From the NCBI RefSeq assembly GCF_018977255.1, contig NW_024704743.1:81346001-81410000 (forward strand): a DNA stretch of 64,000 nt, read 5' to 3'. Each line of letters starts with the position of its first letter. The first letter of the stretch is position 1. The notes below the pieces were generated by a model. The model saw nothing but the letters and a program-made list of their open reading frames with translations. It was not told where the DNA came from and searched no databases. Positions 1-12,690 of the stretch are shown one piece after another. The translations under genes were made by a program, and so were the position numbers. This DNA is from Callorhinchus milii (Eukaryota).

Positions 1-409
1 GTTCCACAGTTCTTTGATATTTTTTCCTTCTGTCCCCCGAAGGCAGCAGTTTGTGATGGCGTGTGTTTCCGGGATTTGGGAGTTTGCAGTGTGTTAGCCT
101 GGACAATAGACAGACTGTCCATAGTGTAGAAGGGGAAATGACTGCTGAGTACAATCCTGTCTTCAATCATGTGCACTTCAGCAGGGCCTTGCTCAACGGT
201 GAGCAGGTTTGGCCAAATCCTTACTTGGGATGGAAAGGCTAAGGCTCCAACCATTGCCCTGGTTGACATCAGCGAATCAGCCAAAATCAAACTACAATCC
301 CTCTTGTCTGCATAGATCAATCCCACACCAACCAGTATCCACCCACTGAGTTGTCAGGAACTTTAGACTGATGGTTTATAATTATTTGTCTTTTCTTTAC
401 TATGTCTAG

Positions 410-463
410 GGAATTCCAGGCGCACCAGGGATCCCAGGGCGGGAAGGTGCATCAGGTCAAAGG
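410..463 (+). CDS. COL14A1: Collagen XIV alpha-1, 54-bp COL2 exon (GIPGAPGIPGREGASGQR); gene begins upstream of window
   Basis: tctag|GGA...AGG|gtgag; six Gly-X-Y triplets; resembles human GIPGGVGSPGRDGSPGQR. Confidence 0.92.
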
Positions 464-569
464 GTGAGACTAAACACATAATCAAACCAAAAAGAATGCT
501 ATTATCGTGTTCATACTGCAATATATAATTTTAGGGGAGATCTAAAGTTTATGTTTTAAATGTTAAAAC

Positions 570-670
570 ACGTGTGTGCGTGTATGTGTGTTGAGGGTGT
601 ATGTAAATTTTATTTTAAATATTAACACAGCGGTGTGTGTGTGTGTGTACATGACTGTGCTTGTGTGTAG
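570..670. repeat. Degenerate (TG)n low-complexity tract
   Basis: Runs of gtgtgt. Confidence 0.6.
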
Positions 671-754
671 GGAGGGAAGGGAATGTGTACAAAATATGTT
701 GATACCAATGGGCTGACCACAATACTTTATGATGAAAGTCCTCACAGATTGGGA

Positions 755-920
755 CGGGATATCATATTATTCTTTAAAACCCGGGGATAAACAAAAAAAC
801 ATATTACCAGGGATAAATAAGCAATAATGTCACCAGGGATATAGAAGGGATGGTGTTACCGGAGAGTTAAGTGGCAAAGTTATTAATGGGGTATGGTCAA
901 AGAGTGGGCATTGGAAATAA
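755..920 (+). repeat. Degenerate 26-bp-period array with core TTACCRGGGATA
   Basis: Cores start at 781, 807, 833 and 859, with weaker ones at 755, 885 and 911. Confidence 0.55.
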
Positions 921-2321
921 AACATCTGCTAAAAACGCTCAGTGAGCTGAATGGCCTCCTCCTGTGCCTGTTTTCTTTTATTTTTATGAAACGCATGCTC
1001 TCCTTGGACAAATCAAAGGTGTCCTGATCCACACTTTCCGGTTGATAAAACATTCCTAATCAATCCTGCTGATAAGTAAGAAATGGAATGTGTTTAGGAA
1101 TACTGCCATATTGACAACTAGTGACCTAGACCCTGGCACAGCAGACCTTATTACTCTGTCATTACCGCTAACTGGTATTAAAAGCCAAGATATTTTATTC
1201 TTATGGTAACAGGGAAATGCTCTGGCAGCCTAACATTGGATAAAAGAAGGAGGCACTAGATTGTCCAGGTCGTTCTAGACCCTGGAGAGTATATTGGGAA
1301 TGGTAGGCTGATTGTACACCTCTTGGATTAGGCCTGTAATCAAACTGCAAGTCCCAGGGTCCATATGATTAACTATCCCCTTACGGTGGGCTGCTGCCAT
1401 GAATATTCTTAGATAAGTGATATTAATCTTGCAGCGGCGTTTTTTTGTTAAGATACAAACTTGTCTTTGGTTCACTGACCCTGGAGTGCAAGTTGTTGCT
1501 GTTGTTGATTGTGGTTGTACAGACGGATGTAGTCTCCTTAGTTAACAACCAGGCCTGGCGTTGAGAGGCCGTACTTAAAGATGTAAAGGGGTTAAATGCA
1601 TAATGCAAAAAGATGCAAGTGAAACAGATACAATGTAAATAGCCTTTCTTATCTTTTTAGTATGGCCTTCCCCTCATTGCCAACTGTGCCTGCTTTGCAT
1701 TGCTGTTCTTGAGCAGGCCTGTATGGCAGGTGTAAGTGATGAGCCCTCTGTTGCTGCTGTTTTGATTCCCATCCTTGTGGGAAACAGTGTTCTTTCCCCA
1801 GATTACCCGCCTGAGACTGAAAACTCACTGTGAGAGAGACCCCACAGGCTGCTCCCACGATTGGTGACCAGGAGTGCAGCAGTGAGCTGTACCTCCACAC
1901 TGAAGGTTAATGAACCCAGGACGAATTTTGTTTTTCACACATTGTAACCTCAATTATTGGTGTAATGTGCCTTTGAACTGAGGTGGCTCAGTGTACCAAA
2001 GTCAGTGGTGAGGTGACGGGTTTGTTGAATATTCACCACAACTCTCAATTGTTTATTTATTGGAGTATAGTTGCACTATTATAGCAGTGCTTTCCTTGTG
2101 TTATTATTTAAATTATAAAACAGTGAGGTAAGGTGTTAATTAACACAAGGAGCACATCACAGTACATCGCAAACTTTGTCCCAAGTCTATATCGTCTGGC
2201 ATTTTAACAATGTGTATCATCATCTGTACAGATGTCAAAATATTCATAGCTATAAGTTTCTGTTGCTCAATAGCTTTTTACATGAAATATCAAATGATTA
2301 TGTAATCCACTTTTGATCTAG

Positions 2322-2375
2322 GGTCCACCTGGTAAAGATGGTTCTGTAGGGCCACCTGGCTCACATGGGCCTGCG
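2322..2375 (+). CDS. COL14A1: Collagen XIV 54-bp exon (GPPGKDGSVGPPGSHGPA)
   Basis: tctag|GGT...GCG|gtaag; resembles human GLPGKDGSSGPPGPPGPI. Confidence 0.92.
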
Positions 2376-2440
2376 GTAAGTACTCCATCCACTTGAGCTG
2401 TAGGAGGATATAGTAGTCTTAAACCGTGTCAATTTTTCAG

Positions 2441-2494
2441 GGTCCAAGAGGTACAGAGGGTCCACATGGACCACGTGGGTCTCCAGGTACGAGG
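2441..2494 (+). CDS. COL14A1: Additional 54-bp Gly-X-Y exon (GPRGTEGPHGPRGSPGTR), candidate alternative or mutually exclusive exon
   Basis: tttttcag|GGT...AGG|gtaagt; six perfect Gly-X-Y triplets, phase 0, only 65 nt after the previous exon. Confidence 0.8.
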
Positions 2495-5400
2495 GTAAGT
2501 TTTTTTTAATAGAAATAGGAACAATAAGAGAAGCCTCCCCCCAACAACCTCTGCAACAATTAAGTTCACTTTACATACATCATTCATAGAGTGTATGTTG
2601 AAATCAAATGGTGTAACAGCTAGAGAAAAGCCCCATGACATGAACTGTATTTTCTTAGGGCATCTCTTGTACATCCTGAAAGTCTTGTAGTCTGGTGAGG
2701 CTTAGGCCTCCAGCTGTAGATTTCCTTGGAGTTAGCATTTTGCGAGTCAGAGTGACTTACAGGAGGCTCCCTCTGTATGACACAGTTTAGACTGTAGATG
2801 CTTTTTGCAGTGTTTATTTGATTTGAGAGCTTTTCAAACCTGTTGTCAAGTCTTTCTATTAAGCAAAGACAACACTTGTTCAGTCTTATCAACAAGCTGT
2901 TGATGAAATTGATTTTTTTTAACAAAGCACAGTATTTCTCTCTTTTTAAAAATAATCCAGTTTGCAATATACACAATGCAGTCTAATTTGCATTATCCAC
3001 AATCCAGATTCATTACGTTCATTGCAATGTCCAATTGCAAAATTTGACATCAGGAGTTTAAATACATAACAAAATAATACTACTTACATTTGATCCTGCC
3101 TTTCATATCATGAGGATGTCTCAAAGCACTTCATGGGATGTACTGTAAAGTCCAGTGAACGTATATTTTGTAGGCACTGCAAGTCCTAACACTCTATAAT
3201 AAAGCATTGTTTCAAGCACTTTAACTGCAAGGCAGAAAAGAACAAATAAATGTCAGTGAGCAAAATTACTGCCTGTTTCCCTGTCACTGTTTTACTCACC
3301 AACTTTTCAGTTTTGCTTTAACAATTTGGAGTTTGTGGGTCATGGATTTTTGCAATCTGTAAATTGCAATTGACATAATAAACCGGAACAGCGGATATTG
3401 CAATACACATCACATTGTTGGAGTAATTCATTTTCAATAATAAAACCATTATATTCTCGTCAGGTGAAGATTAGCAACTAAAGAGTCATTTTAAAAAAAA
3501 TTCAAGCCTAATAGTTTCTAGTCCTGTTATCAATTTTTACAAATGATTTTATTTAGCAAGTATATGTAGAACTTGGAAGTCTTGCTGTCTCCTTACAATG
3601 TGAGGAGTATTGTAGAGGGCAGAATGGACCTTGCAAGTAGTCCTGTGATCACACAGGATGTGGGACTGACATTTATTGATTGGAATCAGTTTCTGCTGAA
3701 TCTGCTGATTTTTAAAAAAAGATAAATGAACCTTTATCCCAAAACAGTACAAACACAAATGTAAAAATGGTACCCCTATGTGGGACACGGTACACTGCTT
3801 TAATTGATGGAATTGGCTGAGCTCTGTGCAGGATTGGGTAACAAGTCATTCATGACAGCCAGTCTGCAAATCAATGTTCTGTTCAACTATCATCCACTAT
3901 ATTAGACTTGCTGCTGCAAGTAAAGGAAGTTGTTCAGAAGGTACACCTTGGAAGTCAAGATCGTTTAATAGTAATTTAGAATAAGTAAGTGACCATTGAA
4001 TAAATGGTACCGGGCAACAATAATATCCAAGATCAACAGCAGTGCGTAAATACGAAAACTCAACTCAGGTATCTTAGTCTTGCATCTGGTATCCATACCA
4101 CAAAGTAATTACTCACTCAGTAAATTATTTGCCATAATCCAGCCTAGCATGGTATGCAACCATTAAGCCTCCAGCATGAAACATCAGTTATTGTACTGTG
4201 CTGTGCCTAATTATCAGATGCTGCACTGATTTGCTGAAAACCTCCTAACTGAACTTGGCTAGTGCATGAGAATTGACAGACTTTACAGACTTGCTACCAC
4301 TACTTAGCGCTTTAAGTCATTCCCTATACTTTACAGACTGGTGGCAGTGTCTCATTGAGAGCATTCTAGTGGATGAAGAACACAGCACTATAGTTGTCTT
4401 TTATTCATTTTAGTGGTTGATTGGTCTGTCAGTGTAATTGTAGTGTTTCACTTCTGGTGAGTCTAATTCAGTGTTATAAAGGGGCATTTGTGTCCTGTCC
4501 CTCCTGCTTCTAAAAGCTCCAGAATAGCATGAAGCAGCCTGGATTACTGTACAGCAATGGCAAAGTGCAGAGCTGCAGTGATGTTTGCTAGTTGGCCTGT
4601 ATTAGATATATAGTTTCTGAACACTGACCAGGATTATAGACTTAGAATCCTTCTGAGCAGCAGTAAATGGGTTTCAATAGGAAACATAGCTAGGCAAATT
4701 GCTAGCTATAACTTGTACTTTACAGTGCCTTTCATGTAGGATGATCTTGTCTGGGTGCTTTATAAAGATGATAGGGATCAGCACGCAAATTAAGGGTTTT
4801 CATCAAAGGCCCGGTGAAAGAGATAGGTTTTTAGAAGAGTTTTGAAAGCAGAGAGAGGCAGAGCAGGGTAAAGAGATTTCGAGATAGTTTCAGAGGCGGT
4901 GCAGCTAGTGAATCCTGGTAAGGTGGTGGTGGGGGCTATGCTGAGTCTACTGCAGGAAAAAATATGAGCTGCAATTTTGGATGAATTAGAGCTTGTAGAG
5001 GGTAGAGATAGGAAGGAATTGGAAAAGTCTTAAATGTAATAATACAGGAGTGTTCAAAGTGTCTCAGTAAGTAGTAATATAAGGAAATGTACCAAAGCAT
5101 TTGGCAAGTCTGGTGCCCTGTTCAAGCTGACTAAAAGTAAGTACGAGAGCAATCTTATTTTTATCTTTACTCACATTTTAATGTCCTCGCATAAATGGAA
5201 TGTGGAGGATCTCCTTAATGAGATGGAAAACCCTGCTTAAAGTGGCAGCCACTAAAGGCCAGCAATAAAAGTGCTTCACACAATGACAGTTTGTTACATA
5301 GATAAATGCTGTATCTAATCTATGATAATTCAAACCACATAAACAGCCATGAGATGAATGACCAATTCATTAATCTGAGTTTCTGAACCCTCTATTTCAA

Positions 5401-7475
5401 ATTAGCTCAGATTTAGTGTCAATTTGGATGAGGGAGGAAATATTGGCACCTGTAATTTACCCCTCCGATCTTCAAAGCAACCTCACTACTAATCCTGTTA
5501 TAATTATAATCCTTGTAATTGGTGTTTCACAGCAATTGAAATCAGGTTGAGGAAAGACAGTTCTGCAGCAGAACACGTGCTAGTGGAGAAATCACCCTGA
5601 TCAATAATTCCATCACGGACAGTTTGGGCCAAATGATCTATTTCCATGCTGTATCATTCTATGTAATTCTGTGAAATAGTTAGCACCTTATCACATCATC
5701 AGCATGTTTCAAAGTGCTTCACAGCATTTATAATAAAGTATAATGACTGTATCTGTAAGCCATCATGGTTGACAATTTGTGCCCAGCAATGTTGCACAAG
5801 CAGCCATGAAGTGAATGACCAGTTTTATCTGGGTGATTATGGCTCCACATACTCCTAGAGAATGGCTAAACATTCCTGTCTATCTTTCCTCATCCTAATA
5901 TGTAGTTCTCAGCCACTCTGAATCACCTGGCTTTAAGGATTAGCCAACAATTGGATTTGAAACTAAACCCTTTGAATTGGAGATTTATATTACAGCCTCA
6001 AAAAAATTGGAAGCAACTTTTAATGTAATATTTGGGTTCAGACTTGTCTTAAGTTAATTATCCTGATTTTTATATCCAATACCTCAATGAGTGAAAGAGT
6101 GTGCTGTTTGTGTTTTATCTTTTTCAAAATAATCTTGAATGAATGATTTCATTAATAATGTTAAATTGAACTAATAGTTATTCTTCCAACATTTACTATC
6201 CCCTTGAGATAATGTTTTAAGAAAGTTTGTAACATTAACAGCCACAAAAAAATGCTGGTGAATTTTATTGCATTTGAACTCACTATTAGGTATTAGCACA
6301 GATTGAGTGCTGATGTATTTATACATATAAAATAAACTCTCAAAAATCTAGCCGCTATAAGAGATCGGGGTTTGTCTACGGCTCATGAAATCCTCCATGT
6401 TCCATAGTCACTTTGCATGTATTCATTTGTTATGAGTTGTGCTTTTGCTAAATGGCTTCTCTCTCCTAATAACTATTTATTGATGTATCTTGTTATTTAC
6501 ATTCAATCTACTTCATTTAACGCAAAACAGTGATTCATTGCATGATCTTCAGCAACCATCTTATTTGCATTTTCTTGTGACTAGCTCAATAGGAACCTGC
6601 AAGTTCTGTCAATGCTCCAATTATAAATATTGAGTTTCATCCATCGTCAACCAATCTCACTCTAAATCTTGTACATTTGTGAGAGAAAGTATAAGTGATC
6701 TATAAATACATATTTGTGTGTGAAGTACAGTATCATCTAATAATTCATAGTTTTAAAAAAATCTTCATGAATATCTATCTTTATAAATAGTATTTATCAT
6801 GTTACATGTACATGGAGCAATGACAATGATCACTGACAAGGCCCCTGTGTTAGGAATGGAAACGTTCTCTGCAGTGTTACGCAGTGGTATATCCTGCAGT
6901 TTGATAAACTTTACCATAAGTATTATTCTGTACAAATATAGTTCTCTCCCATTAAGAAAAGCCTGCATGTTTACTTACAAGTTAGAAAGATATTTTTTAA
7001 ATCTCATTGCATTTAAAAACCCTCATAAAATGTTTGCCTTTGCTATGTGTGCAAACATAGCACACATAGATAGCAAAGAAAAAGCTATTTTGTTTCCATT
7101 TAAACAAAATAGCTGGTTAGTTTCTTGAAAGATCTGAACATTTCTAATTCACATGTGTGCAAAGTACTGTATACTGCTTCATTTGGTAATAAAACCTTTG
7201 CACATTGTAAAATGTTAACCTTTCAGTCATAAATGTTGCGCCAAGTAGCAATTTTATACAAAATAAATGAGGTCTTCCACATGCTCTGTTTTGAAAAGGT
7301 TTACATTTTAAAGCTTCCATTATTTTTATAAGATTACATCTTCATTTCCTATCCCCTGTGAGATGACTGGCTTGGTCAGTCACTAAGCTCCGAAATACTA
7401 AAGTCTTGCCGAGATGTGCTGTTTAAATGATCTTGTGTGCTGTGAAGCTAACTCTTGTCCTGAATGACTTTGTAG

Positions 7476-7547
7476 GGAAGTCCAGGTGCTCCAGGCTCTC
7501 CCGGCCATTCAGGAAGCCCAGGATCCCAGGGTGGATTAGGACCACCA
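7476..7547 (+). CDS. COL14A1: Collagen XIV 72-bp exon (GSPGAPGSPGHSGSPGSQGGLGPP)
   Basis: ttgtag|GGA...CCA|gtaagt; eight Gly-X-Y triplets. Confidence 0.92.
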
Positions 7548-8703
7548 GTAAGTAAAACATTTGCACTTTGTACTTCTGGAAAAGAATGTAAAAATAAGTG
7601 CATTACTAGTTACAAACAGCTAAACACAGCAGTGATGTATTATTGTAGGCTGATTTTTTTTAAACAGAGGACCTGGGTAAGTTGGATAATTATAGAGCCA
7701 GTGATTTGCTGTAGAAACCCCCAATTATTTAGAAGTTAGTTACATGCAGTAGGAACACTTTTGAGAAGGTAGGCAGGTGCTGAACTATTTTGCTGAACTA
7801 TCAGTGAAATGATCTGCTCCCAAGCTATGAAGTTTACAGTGATTTGTTCTCTGATTCGACCTTTCTCCATTGTATGGAAGCTCCTGGCTTGCACCTACGG
7901 CTTCCCGCTTACTGTGTGGTAGGGACAAGGAACTTCCTTGTGGGGAACTGTGGATGTGAGGCTGTTGAAGAGTACTTTTAAGCACTGTTCTGTCCTGAAG
8001 TTCCTACAATAAAGGTCAATTGAATTGCTTTCAAATTCTGATCAGTAAAAACTAAAATTAAAGTCTATGCATGTCCTACAAAATACGTAAATTTCTGACA
8101 CCTCCATACATTCTGTGGTCTCAGCACAGCCAATCTTCAAATTTATTGCCTCGCAGTAAATTAAATTTGCATTAAATCTTTAGGCCATTTGAATGATTTT
8201 GTTCAGTTCTAACACTAAAGTGCCTTTTATTGTAAACCCATCAATGTTACAAAAGCCCCATGCTTCTTGGGAACATCGTTTAAATTGCCCTGGCAAGAAC
8301 ACATTTACTTGAAATATTTTTCTTTGCTGTTAGTGGGCCTTACTGCTATGGATTAGTAAAACTCACTCAAGTTCGGTCTTCAATGAGGACTTTAAACAAT
8401 AAGAGCGTTGTTTGGGAAATTCCGAGATTTACTGATTGGAAATCCATTAGATTATGTTCCAGATGGTCCGGTAATTATCTGTGTCCATTTCATGGCTTTA
8501 GTCATGGTTTCAGCAGTGAATGATAGTGTAAATTGAAGCTTAAATAAGAGGTGTCTAGTTGATGCACACATTATGTGCATCAAGCAGCAAAACAACCACA
8601 CCACCTCTGTTCTATCCTGACAAACAATCAATAGCTTTTGCCTTGGGGTGAGGGAGAGCGTTAAATCTGGTGCGAGTCTGCCTGACCTCCCTGCGAGTAA
8701 TTA

Positions 8704-9025
8704 ATACAAGATTTTAAATGGGATTGAGAAAGTAAACTCAGATCAATACTTTCGGATGCACTGAGACAGTAGAATAAGAGGACACAGGTTTAGGCATCCA
8801 AAGAACAATTTCAGGACAGGCATCAGAAGGTATTTCTTTATCCAGAGAGTAATTAACAACTGGAACAGATTGCAGGGAAGGGTGGTTGAGGCCATATTTT
8901 AAAAAAAAGCATGATGTTGCGATCGGAAGATGGTAGTTTGGGGAGTGTGGGGAGAGAGAGTATTCTGGAACGATTAGATCAAATGGGCCAAAGGGCCTTC
9001 TTCATCCGAAATGATCTTATGATCC
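8704..9025 (+). mobile_element. CR1 LINE 3' fragment
   Basis: Decayed YKILNG..RGH..YFFxQRVINxWN-type ORF2 end followed by a gatcaaatgggccaaagggcc tail. Confidence 0.65.
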
Positions 9026-9606
9026 TTTCTCCTGCAAACAAATGGCTTTCCCCAGTGGTCTGTGATGATGTGACACAGCTCATTTTTTCTTTTGAGCCTT
9101 AACTCAGGCCAAGCCACGTTTGTTTAATGTGTATGATAGATCGCTTTACTCATAGGTATAATAGTTAACACTGAGGGTTGTTAGAACGTGAAATGCCTAT
9201 GTCTATGCTTTCTTTTAGGAGGGAACTAGATAAATATAAAAGAGTAAGAAGATAAAGTAGGAGATTAAGATTCTCTTTCAGAGAGAGAGGACAGTCATGG
9301 TAGACTAATGGCCTCCTCTGTGCTGCAAATTTATATGGTGCTTGGATCAGACTTGCTCAGAACTTTAATTACAATCTACTTGGGGTAACCTGCACTAGAT
9401 TTTAATGGCTATCAACTTCAAAAGTATTTGGAGCCAACGGAGTTTTCTACAAAATACAGGCACCCCTAATAAAGCAGATTTGCTTATGAGGCTGCTGCTC
9501 TGTGAGCGGTTGGTTTTCAGCGTGGACTCGGCATCCTGTTGGCCGCCAAAAATGGCTGATTTTCAGCTTAATGTGTCATTTCCTATGTGCAGCTGAAACA
9601 TTGCTG

Positions 9607-9990
9607 CTGAAGTCACTTCCTGTTGGCTGAGCCAGCGCCGCTGATGTCACTTCCTGTGTGCTGAGCCAGCGCCGCTGATGTCACTTCCTGTGTGCTGAGC
9701 CAGCGCCGCTGACGTCACTTCCTGTGCCCTGAGCCAGCGCCGCTGACGTCACTTCCTGTGCGCTGAGCCAGCGCCGCTGATGTCACTTCCTGTGTGCTGA
9801 GCCAGCGCCGCTGACGTCACTTCCTGTGCACTGAGCCAGCGCCGCTGACGTCACTTCCTGTGCGCTGAGCCAGCGCCGCTGACGTCACTTCCCGTGCCCT
9901 GAGCCAGCGCCGCTGACGTCACTTCCTGTGCGCTGAGCCAGCGCCGCTGATGTCACTTCCTGTGCGCTGAGCCAGCGCCGCTGATGTCAC
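9607..9990 (+). repeat. 34-bp GC-rich minisatellite, about 11.3 copies (CTGAYGTCACTTCCTGTGYGCTGAGCCAGCGCCG)
   Basis: Units start every 34 bp from 9607 to 9981. Confidence 0.97.
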
Positions 9991-10589
9991 ATTGCAAAGA
10001 GGTTAATGTCAGATGACCCAGAAATCAGTCCATTTTCCACACTATAACGGGTCTAAGACATTGTTCCCAGACAACTACATTCCAATGGGGTTAGCCGGTA
10101 GATCATGAGAATGAAAACTGGCTCATTTTAATTGTAAAAATTTTGAATCATTTAATTTAACTCTTACTCTGTTTAGATCAAGAAAAGAATTGGAGGGATT
10201 CAATAGTTAATAGCTTTTGAAATGCATGTTGAACTGCCATCTGCATTATATTTCCCTCTCTTTATATTGTGTTCAGTTTCTTTGTAGAGATTTCTATGTG
10301 CAATTGCAGAAGCCTAGTCACCAATGTTTCTACAGTGCAAATATCAAAATGTTATTGAATCCATAAATATCAGCTGTTTGTTACATCAACAATGCTTTAT
10401 TTAACCAGGATTGGGTGTTGAGGAGAGGCGACAGGGTAAAGAGAGAAAACACACCTGATTAATGATGGTTAAACATGCAATGTGCTATTCTCTGGTTCTT
10501 TGCCCACCAAGACATTGCTGCTAATGGTGGTCATATCATTAGTCTCTAAATTATCCTTCAACCAATGTTTACTTTTAATTCTATTTCAG

Positions 10590-10625
10590 GGCTCTTCCGG
10601 GTCAAAGGGCGAAAAGGGTCAAAGG
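10590..10625 (+). CDS. COL14A1: Collagen XIV 36-bp exon (GSSGSKGEKGQR)
   Basis: tttcag|GGC...AGG|gtaagt; resembles human GVPGAKGERGER. Confidence 0.92.
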
Positions 10626-11069
10626 GTAAGTATTTTAAAAGACTGGTTTTACGTTATCTGGAATAAATAATAAGAGGTAACAATATGACTATTAAGGAGA
10701 TTTTGAAAGAACCCTCAACATAATGAGAGGTTTGTGGGTGTCTGGTATGCACACCCTGTAAACAGCCTTGCCCGTTTGTGCCCTTAAACTCCAGGATGCT
10801 TTCTGTCTTGGGATATTTTTCTCACCATTACTGCTGTGGTGTTCCCCTCTCTTCCCTAAGGCCTGTCTTATTAGAAACCTGGATAAAACGTTTGCCTTGG
10901 GGTGGGGGAGAGCGTTAAATTTGGTGTGAGTCTACCTGACCTCCCTGTGAGTAATTAATACAAGATTTTGAATGAGATTGAGAAAGTAAAATTGGAACAA
11001 TACTTCTGGATGCACTGAGACAGTATGATTAGAGGACACAGGTTTAGGCAGTGTCCTCACCAAGCCAGT

Positions 11070-12068
11070 CAGGAACCTAGGCATCTTATCCGACCCTCAA
11101 CTGTCCTTTCTCCCCCACATTCATGCCATGACCCACTCTACCTTCCCGCACCTCCACAACATTGCCCGATTCCACCACTGCCTCACCCCTCAGGCTGCCG
11201 AAACCCTCATACATGACTTCATTATGTGGAGTCCTGCAGCTCAGTGGTTAGATCACTCGGCTTGCAAGCGAGACACCTGGGTTCAATTCCAGGCAGGATG
11301 AAACCTTAGGCAAGTTTCCTTACTCCACAGGCCTAATAATAATCCCTCCAAAAAACAATAATAAATTGGTCATTTTCAATCCACGACTGTTTGTGGAACA
11401 CTGCTGTGCGCAATTAGCTGCCACGTTTCGCCCACAAATATGCAGTCAATTCACTTTACAGCATATTCTGTGAAGCGCTTTGAGACGTCTAGAAGACGTG
11501 AAAAGCACTATATAAAATGCAAGGATTATTATTATTATTACAACCAGGCTCGACTATGCCAATGCCCTGCTCGTGGGCCTTTCCAACTCTTCCCTCCACA
11601 AGCTGCAGACCATCCAGAACTCTGCAGCTTGTGACCTCTCTCGCACCAGGCTCTGTGACTGAATCACCCCCACCCTCGCCCATTTCCTCAGAGGATCGAG
11701 TTGAAAATTCTTGACCTCACCTTCAAGGCCTTGCCCCCTCCTACCTCTTCGACCTGCTGACCCCTTATCAACCTGTCCGCTCCCTCCGCTCAGCAGGCTC
11801 CAGCTTGCTCCATGTTCCTGTCCGGCCCACCCCACCATTAGCAGTTGGCACTTCAGCCTCTCTGCCCTCACCCAGTGGAACTCCATCCCATATACCTTTC
11901 GCCTTGCTTCCTCCTTGCCTCCGTCAAGGCACGCCTCAAGGCTCTCCTCTTCGACCGTGCCTTCGGCCACCCTCCTACCCTCTCTGCCCTCCACCCTCCC
12001 TGATCCCTCACTGTTAGTGCCTTGGCACGTCCTCCCGACATGAAAAGCGCTTTGCAAATGTAATTTTG
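11070..12068 (+). mobile_element. L2 LINE 3' fragment interrupted by a SINE (11228-11540)
   Basis: Decayed HxFIT/RLDYANALL, LQTIQNSAA and WNSIP motifs; ends in the L2 tail. Confidence 0.8.
11228..11540 (+). mobile_element. tRNA-derived SINE (short subfamily), L2-type tail, (ATT)n end
   Basis: A box GCTCAGTGGTTAGA, B box GGTTCAATTCC; shares body with many other copies in the window. Confidence 0.9.
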
Positions 12069-12623
12069 TATTCTATTGTAAAATATGCTCTCTCTGCATC
12101 TCTTTAAACCTTGTGCAAACAACATTTCAGATAGCCTTCAGTTGGCAGTAAGGAAGATATCTCTCGCTTTGAGGAATTAACAGAGAGAACATTTTTCTTT
12201 AAGAGTCTCACCTGTGACTAAAACTGATAATAAAATGAGTGCTGATGATTTTACGTCCCAGATTTCTCATTAAATTTAAAACATAAGTTTTTTTCGTTGG
12301 TTGTTATTTACAATAATAAGGATCCCTCCAATTCCCTGTCCTCGTATGTGTTTGCATATGATTAACACAGCCGTACATTAGACTACGTGATATAAAGGGA
12401 AATTAAATAGTATCAAACTACTTGCTTGTAAAAGGAGATGGTGTGAAAGGGAAATTCTTCTGTGTACTCAGTGAAAATGCCCCATGCTTTGTGCAATTCC
12501 CAAACTAAATTTAGGATTTTATTTTATAGCATCTCTATTGTGGTGTGAAACAAAATACTGTTGTGTGTTTCCAATAACAGTAATAGAAACCATATTATTT
12601 CTAACATTGTCTTTTTACACTAG

Positions 12624-12690
12624 GGAGATATTCAGTCGCAAACCACGGTCCGTTCGATTGCTCGGCAAGTGTGCGAGCAGCTTATCCAGA
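12624..12690 (+). CDS. COL14A1: Collagen XIV COL2/NC2 exon (GDIQSQTTVRSIARQVCEQLIQ-S)
   Basis: cactag|GGA...CAG A|gtaagt; FACIT NC2 motif ARQVCEQLI. Confidence 0.95.

Noticed and set aside
9607..9990. CRISPR-like array of 34-bp repeats
   Set aside because: Units are head-to-tail with no unique spacers, no cas genes, and lie in a eukaryotic intron.
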